Shown in pieces: positions 17,868 through 26,264 of a DNA stretch of 60,006 nucleotides. Origin of the DNA: Eubacteriales bacterium (GTDB lineage: Bacteria > Bacillota > Clostridia > Oscillospirales > CAG-272). Made by a program: the position numbers and the translations under genes. A model generated the notes under the pieces. That model did no database searches and was not told the DNA's origin. It saw only the letters and a list, made by a program, of their open reading frames with translations. Numbering within the stretch: the stretch's first letter is position 1; the number at the start of each line of letters is the position of its first letter. Location: assembly GCA_045644125.1 (NCBI GenBank), contig JAZRGJ010000224.1, positions 1-60,006 on the forward strand, in the 5' to 3' direction.

Positions 17868-19466
17868 TCAAACTTTCTTCGCACCGATAATTTCGGTATC
17901 ACGGAAGAAAGGAACGTCGGGGACTATGACTTCGTAGCCGTTCTTTTCGTTATTGATAACCTTAATAAATTCGGGCGGCTGATAGGGGTTTACGTTCGGC
18001 TTGCCGTCCGTACAAATTGCGCCCTCAACTGCGATATTTTCGTCCTTTACGGAGCGGTAAAAATAATCGGAGCTTTGCTCGCTTCTTTCATAAACCAAAG
18101 GCAGCTCCTTGATGCAATCGGGAATTTTAACGTTATCTATTACGATATTCGGGAAATAGGTTTTATATCCGTAATTCCAGTTGGCGCTGTCCGCCATCAT
18201 AAACGCGCAGAAGAGTCCGCGCGCATCGTAAAACTCGGAATTTCTTACGGTAAGCGTACCGCGGAACGTTGAGCCGTAGTCCTCGCGGAGCTGAAGCGTC
18301 GTGTAGCCGGTTTGATATATCTTGCAGTTTTCGATGAGCATATCGCCGCCTCCGATAAGACGGATTGAGGATATTTCCGAATTTTTGATAGCTCCGTTCA
18401 CAACGCCCTTGTGAGCATCGTATCGCGTCATTTTACAGCCATCGTAAACCATATTTTTGCAAAAATTCGTTCCTGCAACGCCCCACCATCTGCCGAAAGA
18501 GGGGAACTCGGGATACTCGGGCAAGTGATGCGAGAAAAAGTTTCTCTGCTTGCAATTCTTTAATAAAAGATTATTGACCATGCGCGCGCCGAAATCGTAA
18601 GTGCCCTGAAGATAATAAGCTCTCGCTTGGAAAACGGAGTCTTCTACGGTGACGCCGTTTGCGTTTTCAATCTCGAGAAACTCATAGCAGTGACCGATGA
18701 AAGCCACACCGTTTTGAACTGCGCCTTTGTATATCTCGTTTATAACCTTATGCTCAATATTTCTTACAGTCACGTTTGAGCGCGAGACTCTTATGCCTCG
18801 GGAAATTCCGTGGCATTTATCAACGAGGTTTACCTGACTTGCCTTGGTGAGAACGAAAAGATTTTCAAAAACGAGCGGAGCTTCGTCTATGCGGTAAGCC
18901 TCAATTCTCGTCACCCTCTCGTAATCGAAAAGCCAGGGAGTTTTTTCGTCTATATTTCCCTCAGCGTCAACGAGTAAAAGCTCCTCTTTTGGAACACCCG
19001 AGTCCTCGTTTCCGCCGTAGCGGATATAAACCCTTTCATCGTCATTATAAACGATGAGCATTGCGGGAAAGCCGAGCCCCGTGTCAATTTTTCGGGTGCT
19101 TTTCGTTATTCCGCCCTCGGCATTTATCTTGTCTATATATTTTCGCTCTACGTCAATTTTCTCATAGGAAGATTCAACGGAAAAGATATGAGTGTTATGC
19201 CTTTTGTTTTTTCCAGGGCAATGGCAAACGTCCGTATCGTCTATAACCAAGCTTGAGCCGCAGAAATCCGTGTCCGTTTTAACAACGATGGAGCTTGCGA
19301 CTCCGTCAATCTCCGTTTCCGAAACGAGATAGGTTTTCTGAGCGCCTGCTCTTACGGGAAGCCCCATTTCGTTGGCGTACTCGTGCGCGCGCTTCATCGC
19401 GAAAAAGTCATTCGTAACTCCGTCACCAACTGCGCCGAAATCATCGTAGCATACAAATTCTTTCAT
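17868..19466 (-). CDS. Beta-helix (pectin-lyase-fold) protein, paralog C
   Basis: MKEFVCYDDFGAVGDGVTNDFFAMKRAHEYANEMGLPV at the N terminus. About three quarters identical to paralog D by eye over the first ~120 aa. All family blocks are present. Confidence 0.7.
   Translation of the reverse strand: MKEFVCYDDFGAVGDGVTNDFFAMKRAHEYANEMGLPVRAGAQKTYLVSETEIDGVASSIVVKTDTDFCGSSLVIDDTDVCHCPGKNKRHNTHIFSVESSYEKIDVERKYIDKINAEGGITKSTRKIDTGLGFPAMLIVYNDDERVYIRYGGNEDSGVPKEELLLVDAEGNIDEKTPWLFDYERVTRIEAYRIDEAPLVFENLFVLTKASQVNLVDKCHGISRGIRVSRSNVTVRNIEHKVINEIYKGAVQNGVAFIGHCYEFLEIENANGVTVEDSVFQARAYYLQGTYDFGARMVNNLLLKNCKQRNFFSHHLPEYPEFPSFGRWWGVAGTNFCKNMVYDGCKMTRYDAHKGVVNGAIKNSEISSIRLIGGGDMLIENCKIYQTGYTTLQLREDYGSTFRGTLTVRNSEFYDARGLFCAFMMADSANWNYGYKTYFPNIVIDNVKIPDCIKELPLVYERSEQSSDYFYRSVKDENIAVEGAICTDGKPNVNPYQPPEFIKVINNEKNGYEVIVPDVPFFRDTEIIGAKKV
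17904..17996 (-). repeat. 93-bp tract 100% identical to 24393-24485 (inside paralogs C and D)
   Basis: Base-by-base comparison shows GAAGAAAGGAACGTCGGGGACTATGAC...GATAGGGGTTTACGTT is identical in both genes, and identity drops on both sides. Paralog B shares a 41-bp core (14200-14240). Confidence 0.9.
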
Positions 19467-19562
19467 AAAATCACCATGCTTTAAGGGGCTCGTTTTAAGC
19501 CCGAAAATTACGTGTCTTGCGAGAAAAACATCAAAATGCGTATTTTCTCAATACCGTTGCCG

Positions 19563-21422
19563 TTATTTTCTTACCGCGCGAAGCTTTAAGGAATACGCCG
19601 AAAAGCTTTTTTTAAGCGCGAAATCTATTCCGTACTCGGAAAGCTCCTTGCCGTTCAGGATGCTTCCGTCATCCTTGACGTAGTCAAACGCCTCGTCAAC
19701 GACAGGATAAACCGTGACGGAGTCCTGCATTATTTTATCGGTAAAGACGCATATTTCGCACTCGGAAAAGTCCTCGCTTCTGTATTCAAGCGCGGTTACG
19801 TTCCCACTGTCCGTTAGCACGTGGCAAAGGGCGCTTGCATAAAAATCGCGCCTGTTTTTGAAATCTTCAATAATGCTTTTAAGAGAATTGAAACTTCCCT
19901 CGGAGAGCGAATTAAGGTCAAATGAAAGTCCTATCGGGCTTCCCGAAAGATAGCCGCGAAGATATTCCGGAGAAACTCCTACTACGTGGTCCCATACGGC
20001 GTCGGCGCAGGAAATTATCTTGTCGGAGGAGCAGCCGTAAACGGGGGTTTTATCCGTTACGGAAGCAAGCGCGCACCAGCATTCGATAAGGCGAGGAGGC
20101 ATACGCAAAAGCGTGTCCTTGTAGATGCGAAGCCCAACGTACGGGCTTTCGTTGTCGGTAGGCCAGAAGCTATCGTAAAGCGACGCCGTGTGCAAATTCA
20201 TACAAGCACCGCCCGAGCCGCAGTTTTCAAGATATATTTCGGGGAATTTTTCGCGTATCTTCAAAATAAATCTATCGTGCGCCTCTTGATATTTCGTAAA
20301 GGACGATGAGTATTTATCGTATTCAAGGTCTGCGTTGAAATCGAGCTTAATATATTCGGCGCCGTATTTTTCAATAAGCTCCGTTACCGTTTTTAATATG
20401 TAATCAAAAGCCTCGTCATTTAGGAAATCGAGGAAATACGAGTTTTTTCCGCGAAGAAAATATTCGGGATGCGCGCTAAGAACCTCGGCAAAATCGCCTG
20501 CGCACTCCGGCTCAAGCCAGAAGCCGAACTTCATACCGCGCGAGCGCACGAGCTCAGCGAATTCCTGCATTCGTCCCTCGAAGCCTATTTCAAGATTTTC
20601 GCACCAGTCGCCGCGTCCATCGTACCAGTCCTTAGTTTTTCCGAACCAGCCTGCGTCAATAACAAAATATTCCACTCCGATTTCTTTAGCTCTTTCAAGC
20701 TGTGCTTCCATATCAGAGAAATTGAATTTATCGAATTTATAAAGCCAGGAATCGAATACAACGGGAAGCGCGCGCGCAGGATACTTTTCGTTAATATAAG
20801 AATGAAGCTTATATGCGTCAAGGTCTTTCTTGTTTTTAAATTCATAGTAGATTATCTCGGAGGCATTCAGAGTTTCGCCGGGAGCTATGGGCAAAGAAAG
20901 TCCATCGGGAAGAAGCCCTATTTCAATCTCGGTATGAGACGGCGTGCCTAGGCCCGAGTAAACGCGCGATGCTCTCATCTGCCAAGCGCCCGAAACTTTC
21001 AGGTGAAAAACTACGCCTCTATCGTTTTGCTTATTCCAAAGCGCCAAAATCGGCGCCGCATCGTGCGAGCCTCTTACGCTGTTGCACCTTGAAACGATAG
21101 AAGTAACGAGTGGCGCCCACGCGCCAATGCTTTCGTTCTGCCAGCCGTTATACTGCGTATAAACCTCCCAGTCGCCTCCGTCAAGGGAGAAGCGAGAGCC
21201 AAGGGAATATATTTTTTCTTCGCATTCACTGATGTTCGTGATAGCGTCGCGCCTTGTGAAAACGCCGTACTTATGCTCTTTTATTTCTGCCGAAAGCTTT
21301 ATTTTTTCGTTCTCGAAAAGAAATCCGAAATCCGTTTTCAAGGGTGCTTGGCAAAGCTCGCCAAAACTGCCGAGAACGGCAAAAATATCAGACGCTTCTT
21401 TAGCTCTTTTGTAAACTTTCAT
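19563..21422 (-). CDS. GH36-like alpha-galactosidase family protein
   Basis: YFVIDAGWFGK, FGFWLEPE, YIKLDFNAD and ENCGSGG correspond to the melibiase/GH36 catalytic-barrel motifs. The start is taken as the ATG at 21422 (AAGGA RBS, ATGA overlap with the upstream stop). Confidence 0.65.
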   Translation of the reverse strand: MKVYKRAKEASDIFAVLGSFGELCQAPLKTDFGFLFENEKIKLSAEIKEHKYGVFTRRDAITNISECEEKIYSLGSRFSLDGGDWEVYTQYNGWQNESIGAWAPLVTSIVSRCNSVRGSHDAAPILALWNKQNDRGVVFHLKVSGAWQMRASRVYSGLGTPSHTEIEIGLLPDGLSLPIAPGETLNASEIIYYEFKNKKDLDAYKLHSYINEKYPARALPVVFDSWLYKFDKFNFSDMEAQLERAKEIGVEYFVIDAGWFGKTKDWYDGRGDWCENLEIGFEGRMQEFAELVRSRGMKFGFWLEPECAGDFAEVLSAHPEYFLRGKNSYFLDFLNDEAFDYILKTVTELIEKYGAEYIKLDFNADLEYDKYSSSFTKYQEAHDRFILKIREKFPEIYLENCGSGGACMNLHTASLYDSFWPTDNESPYVGLRIYKDTLLRMPPRLIECWCALASVTDKTPVYGCSSDKIISCADAVWDHVVGVSPEYLRGYLSGSPIGLSFDLNSLSEGSFNSLKSIIEDFKNRRDFYASALCHVLTDSGNVTALEYRSEDFSECEICVFTDKIMQDSVTVYPVVDEAFDYVKDDGSILNGKELSEYGIDFALKKSFSAYSLKLRAVRK

Positions 21423-24214
21423 ATACATTCCTTTGTTTTTTCAGGTATTATAAGTGCGTAGCATTCAGGCGAAAACGTGCCGTGAACAAGGCGCTTTACG
21501 AGTTTTTCGGAAAAGCAAAGTGCTTCCTTAGCGTCAGGGCAGCCATTGTCGTAATGCTTGCCGAGGTCAAATCTTTCAATATCAAGTCTAAAGGGCTCGC
21601 CCTTTTCCATACCAAATCTTTCCTTGTCGATAAAAAGGGTGAAAAGATAAGCCCCGTCACCGAGATTTTCTTTCGTGAAGCGGTATTTCCGAAGCTCCGC
21701 ATCTGCTTCGCTCGGGTGGATAGAGAAAGCGCTCGATGACACCGAGAACGTGAAAAAGCTTCGCCTTGAAACCGCAAATTTGAACTCGTTTTTAGAAATC
21801 CAAATAGGTGCTAAGGGGTGAAACATTCTAAATTCCGGCCTAATTATTATGTAATCGTCAGAAAGGCTTTCGGCATAGATTGAAAGCTTATAGCAGTCGG
21901 AAAGTTCCTCTATCTTCACCTCGGTCAAGCCACGCTCACCCGAGCTTTTGACAAGCGGAAGCCTTTCGTCTTTGCCTATTTTATAAACGCGCTTGCTTCC
22001 CTCTCCCGCATAAAACGCAAGGGGCACTTCACCGTTTTTTATTCTAGCCTCAACTTCGGGAAATTCCGTTTCCAAAAGCTTTTGAAGCTTCTCTATTCTC
22101 CACCTTAATTTTTCGGGGAAAATTTTATGTCCGTGCGCCTCACTGTGATAGCCTATACGGTTATCGGCCTCGCATATAGGAATAAGCCTTTCGCTGTTTG
22201 AAATTTCCTCGTTTACGATTTCACGAAGCTCGGATAAAATTGACACGGGGTTACCCTTGCCGATGCCGAGAAGCCTGCGAAGATAATAAAATCTTATTAT
22301 ATTGTATCCGCTTCTAAATATAACGGACGTCGCGCGGGCAACGGAAATCTGTTCTTTTCTTTCCGCACATCCGTAATCCTCCAAGGAGTCAAGAGAAGAG
22401 ATGCCGCGCGTCCAATGGCGCACCATCAAAGAAACGAGCTCTTCTATTTCCTCGTGAGTATGTCCGTTGCACATACATTCGCCGAGGCGGTCACCGCCGA
22501 CGGCATCAACTGCAAGCCAGGTTGACGGCATTGAACGGTCGATGGGCTTCAAATGAAGCGGAGCTACGGGGCTGTCCTGCATTGGACCGAGCCATTCAAA
22601 CGAAACGCTTACGGGGAAATTGCGATAGCCCTCTTCAAAATCGAGCCACGCGCTTGCAACGCTTTTTGCATCCTTGCCCCAATAAATTCCCGCGAGCTTT
22701 TCAAGAAATTGCTCCTTCGTTTCTTCAAAGGACAAGAAGGCAAGTTCGCCCGCCGCTTTATTCATAAGGCAGGGATAATTGCCGAAAAACCAGCATTGCA
22801 TTACGCCCTCAATGGCGTTTTCATAAAAATATTTGTATTTATCGTAAAGTATTCCCGGCACGGAAACATAAGGAACGGTTGAGATCTCGTGCGAGGAGCA
22901 TACCTGTATTTTCGCGTAGGTTTTGCGCTTCAGCCTTTTATTAAGCTCTATAGTTTTTTCAAAAAGCTCACCGGGACCACTGTACGAAAGCCAATAATCG
23001 TACGAAACTCTTTTTTTACCGAGCTGCAAGGGGCGTCCGAAGTCCTCAAAATTTTGAAGGTGGATAACGCCCTCGTCACGCTCTTCGCACGACTCTTTTA
23101 GGTCCTCGTCACTCCAATTTCTCTGCTCATACGTCCAGCTAATATATTTTGCCTCGGGGTTTACCTCGCGCATTGCATCCGCTATCGTTTTTTCAACGAA
23201 CGCAAGCGCCTTTCCTATAGTTCCGAACTTCGCCTTGCACCTTTTGCACAACAGGTGGGGGCCGTTTGACGCGCATGTTGAAAGCGACTCACCGACAGTG
23301 AGGTTTATGTAACCCGCAAGATGCGTCACCTTAGTGAAAATTTCCTTCACCGCAAAGCGAAGATATTCTACGCTCTTTTCCTGCGAGGGACAAAGCATTC
23401 TAATGGGCGCACCCTCTGCGTCATCCATCAATTCGGGATGCTTCAAAAGGTGGGGATTATCACAGGATGATGCGGGATCAACCGCAAAAAGATATATACG
23501 TATGCCGTATTTTCTGCATTTTTCAACAACGGCATTAAGCTTGCTTATGCGCTTTTCGGCATCCGCGCCATATTCTTTGGCGTAGGGATTTTTCGCAAGA
23601 TAGCGAAGCGAAGCGCCAAGCCAAAGGACGTTTATGCCATCGTGCATAAGGCGGTTAAGATAGCCGTCGGGATAATAGTCAACGTCATCTATAAGCTCGT
23701 TTTCGTTCTCCTCAATTTCCGAATGGCTTGAGGGGGTGAAATAGCATCTTGAAATTCTATCTTTTATAAAAGGCTTTCTTGAAATTTCGCCAAGAGGAAG
23801 AAAGCTTCCCGAGCGGCGCTTCATCTCGTCCTCAATAAAAACAAGAGCGCGGCGAACGCCCTCGGTGTCGCCCGAAATAACGGTGATGCCCTCTTCGTTC
23901 ACTCTAAGCGTGTACGCCTCGAAGCAAGCCAAAGGCTTTTTAAGAAAGCGCAAATAAAATCCGCCGTACGCCTTTTTTATCCCCACGGACTCCATAAATG
24001 ATAAAAAATCCTCGTACGAGGTTTTAAGAAGTCCCTCTTCGTCGGGGAACGAAAAGTCAAGCGAAAGCGAGCTTATAAAAACTTCGCCCGTCTTTTTCTC
24101 TCTTTGATTCCAAAGTGGCGGCTTTTCCGAGTGAAAAGGCAAAGAGAGGTCCTTAGCGAAAGTAATTTCCGGCAGTTTATCACAAAACTCATCGCGCAAC
24201 TGAAAATCAATCAT
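21419..24214 (-). CDS. Large cytoplasmic protein of unknown family (glycosidase-like TIM barrel suspected)
   Basis: 931 aa with no signal peptide. The segment YYPDGYLNRLMHDGINVLWLGASLRYL...YGIRIYLFAVDP looks like beta/alpha-barrel strands. Cys cluster STCASNGPHLLCKRCKAKFG. AAGAGG RBS. Confidence 0.35.
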   Translation of the reverse strand: MIDFQLRDEFCDKLPEITFAKDLSLPFHSEKPPLWNQREKKTGEVFISSLSLDFSFPDEEGLLKTSYEDFLSFMESVGIKKAYGGFYLRFLKKPLACFEAYTLRVNEEGITVISGDTEGVRRALVFIEDEMKRRSGSFLPLGEISRKPFIKDRISRCYFTPSSHSEIEENENELIDDVDYYPDGYLNRLMHDGINVLWLGASLRYLAKNPYAKEYGADAEKRISKLNAVVEKCRKYGIRIYLFAVDPASSCDNPHLLKHPELMDDAEGAPIRMLCPSQEKSVEYLRFAVKEIFTKVTHLAGYINLTVGESLSTCASNGPHLLCKRCKAKFGTIGKALAFVEKTIADAMREVNPEAKYISWTYEQRNWSDEDLKESCEERDEGVIHLQNFEDFGRPLQLGKKRVSYDYWLSYSGPGELFEKTIELNKRLKRKTYAKIQVCSSHEISTVPYVSVPGILYDKYKYFYENAIEGVMQCWFFGNYPCLMNKAAGELAFLSFEETKEQFLEKLAGIYWGKDAKSVASAWLDFEEGYRNFPVSVSFEWLGPMQDSPVAPLHLKPIDRSMPSTWLAVDAVGGDRLGECMCNGHTHEEIEELVSLMVRHWTRGISSLDSLEDYGCAERKEQISVARATSVIFRSGYNIIRFYYLRRLLGIGKGNPVSILSELREIVNEEISNSERLIPICEADNRIGYHSEAHGHKIFPEKLRWRIEKLQKLLETEFPEVEARIKNGEVPLAFYAGEGSKRVYKIGKDERLPLVKSSGERGLTEVKIEELSDCYKLSIYAESLSDDYIIIRPEFRMFHPLAPIWISKNEFKFAVSRRSFFTFSVSSSAFSIHPSEADAELRKYRFTKENLGDGAYLFTLFIDKERFGMEKGEPFRLDIERFDLGKHYDNGCPDAKEALCFSEKLVKRLVHGTFSPECYALIIPEKTKECI

Positions 24215-24356
24215 AAGAACCTCTTAAATCTTAACTTTTAAGTTTATTATAATACCAGACACGAAAAAAGTCATTATAAAATAGTAATTTTAAATTAAAC
24301 TATCGTATTTTTTGCAATATTTTATCAAAAACCGCGCAGCCGAGGAGGGCTTTTGC

Positions 24357-25967
24357 TTAGCGCTTTTTCGCGCCTTCTATGAGCGTGTCCTTGAAGAAAG
24401 GAACGTCGGGGACTATGACTTCGTAGCCGTTCTTTTCGTTATTGATAACCTTAATAAATTCGGGCGGCTGATAGGGGTTTACGTTAGGCTTGCCGTCAGC
24501 GCATATAGCGCCCTCGACCGCAATATTTTCGTCACGCACGGAGCGGTAGAAATAGCCGTACTTGTTTTCCTTCATTTCGAATTCAAAAAGCAAAGGAAGC
24601 TCTTTAAGCGTGTCGGGTATCTTAACGTTGTCTATAACTATATTCGGGAAATAGGTTTTATAGCCGTAGTTGTGGTTTGACGAGTGCATCATCATAAGCG
24701 AATTGAATGCGCCTAAGGTATCGTAAAACTCACTGTTTCTTATCGTGAGAGTTCCGCGCCAGGTGCAACCGTAGTCCTCTCTTAATTGAAGCGTCGTGTA
24801 AGTGTTCTGATAAATTTTGCAGTTTTCAATGAGCATATCGCCCGCGCCGATAAGACGGATAGAGGAAATCTCACAGTTTTTAATAGCTCCGTTGACAACG
24901 CCGCAGTGCGCGTCGTAGCGTGTCAGCTTGCAACCGTCGAAAACCATATTCTTGCAGCCGTTCGTGCCCGAAACGCCCCACCATTTGCCAAACGAGGGAA
25001 GCTCGGGGCGGTCGTAGTTGTAATGCCCGAAGAAATTCCACTGCGAGCAATTCTTAAGCAAAAGGTCGTTAACCATATAAGCCGAGAAGTCGTACGTTCC
25101 CTGAAGATAGTAAGCTCGAGCTTGGAGAACGCTGTCAATGATTTGCACGTTATGCGCGCAGCTTATCGAAAGGAAGTTGTAGCTGTGACCGACGAAGGGC
25201 ACGCCGTCCTTAAGCGCTCCTCTGTAAATCTCGTTTATAACCTTGTGCATAACATTTTTAACCACGGTATTTGAGCGAAGAATCTGAACGCCTCGTCTTA
25301 TTGAATGATATTCGTCCACAAGATTAACCTGACTTGCCTTTGTGAGAACGAAGAGATTTTCAAAAACGAGCTCGCTTGCGTCTATTCTGCGCGCCTCGAT
25401 TTTCGTCACCTTTTCGTAATTAAAGAGCCAGGAGGTTTTTTCGTCTATATTTCCCTCCGCGTCAACGACGATAAGCTCCGCCTTGGGATTTCCGTCGTTA
25501 GCGTTTCCGCCGTAGCGGATATACACCTTTTCGTCGTCGTTATATACTATGAGATGCGCGGGATAGCCGAGTCCCAAATCAAGCTTTTTCGTTTCGCCTA
25601 TTTTAATTCCGCCATCTGCGTTTATTTTATCAATATATTTTTTGTCAACCTCAACCATCTCGTACTCGCTTCTGACGGAGAAAACGGGGATGTTGTGGCG
25701 CTTGTTCTGGTCCTCGCACCACGAAATTTCCGTGTCGTCTATAACCACGGTTGAGCCGCAGAAGTTCGTGCTTGTCTTTACGACTATAGGGCTTGCAACG
25801 CCGTCAATTTCCGTTTCCGAAACGAGATAGGTTTTCTGCGCGCCCGCTCTTACGGGAAGTCCCTTTTCGTTGGCGTACTCGTGAGCCGCCTTTATAGCAA
25901 AAAAGTCGTTGGTAACACCGTCGCCAACGGCGCCGAAATCGTCATAGCATACAAATCTTTCATCCAT
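24357..25967 (-). CDS. Beta-helix (pectin-lyase-fold) protein, paralog D
   Basis: MDERFVCYDDFGAVGDGVTNDFFAIKAAHEYANEKGLPV at the N terminus, with all family blocks present. It is the first gene of the ~13.7-kb minus-strand gene string 25967->12260. Confidence 0.7.
   Translation of the reverse strand: MDERFVCYDDFGAVGDGVTNDFFAIKAAHEYANEKGLPVRAGAQKTYLVSETEIDGVASPIVVKTSTNFCGSTVVIDDTEISWCEDQNKRHNIPVFSVRSEYEMVEVDKKYIDKINADGGIKIGETKKLDLGLGYPAHLIVYNDDEKVYIRYGGNANDGNPKAELIVVDAEGNIDEKTSWLFNYEKVTKIEARRIDASELVFENLFVLTKASQVNLVDEYHSIRRGVQILRSNTVVKNVMHKVINEIYRGALKDGVPFVGHSYNFLSISCAHNVQIIDSVLQARAYYLQGTYDFSAYMVNDLLLKNCSQWNFFGHYNYDRPELPSFGKWWGVSGTNGCKNMVFDGCKLTRYDAHCGVVNGAIKNCEISSIRLIGAGDMLIENCKIYQNTYTTLQLREDYGCTWRGTLTIRNSEFYDTLGAFNSLMMMHSSNHNYGYKTYFPNIVIDNVKIPDTLKELPLLFEFEMKENKYGYFYRSVRDENIAVEGAICADGKPNVNPYQPPEFIKVINNEKNGYEVIVPDVPFFKDTLIEGAKKR
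24393..24485 (-). repeat. 93-bp tract 100% identical to 17904-17996
   Basis: See the partner entry. The tract encodes the conserved ...NPYQPPEFIKVINNEKNGYEVIVPDVPFF... segment. Confidence 0.9.
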
Positions 25968-26151
25968 TTTAAAAACCTCGCATAGTAAAAAGAAAATTTA
26001 AAGAAGCGGAAGCCGACTTTTAAAAGCGCCGCGCTCCTTCATTCCATTTTACTACGAGGGCCAAGAAAAATCAATAGAAAATCGCCACTTTGTAAATTTA
26101 TTTTTATATATTTTGAGTTTCGCTTTTGTTTACAAAATATTTAAAATCGTG

Positions 26152-26160
26152 TGTTATAAT
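26152..26160 (+). promoter_or_regulatory. Candidate extended -10 element (TGTTATAAT) for the paralog E/F operon
   Basis: TGTTATAAT at 26152-26160, with a second identical 9-mer at 26225-26233, in the 297-bp AT-rich divergent spacer. There is no good -35. Confidence 0.3.
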
Positions 26161-26264
26161 AGGTTTACAGCACTTTTTGCAATGTTTTTTGTGTAAAATG
26201 TAATTTTCTTACCACTTCCTTATTTGTTATAATTGTTATATATAAGATTTTAGGAGAAAGCTAT

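Noticed and set aside
17790-17880. Two similar A/T-rich hairpins (AAAGTTT-N7-AAACTTT and AAGTTTG-N8-CAAACTT) between paralog C and the 668-aa gene
   Set aside because: The stems are 7 bp of mostly A/T, which makes them weak thermodynamically. They might be an internal regulatory site, but the evidence is insufficient to call one.
26089-26136. Inverted repeat TTTGTAAA-N32-TTTACAAA in the D/E divergent spacer, and the shared 12-mer TTGTGTAAAATG (26198 and 42800)
   Set aside because: 8-bp AT-rich arms and a single 12-mer coincidence are within chance expectation for a 60-kb window. There is no supporting context.
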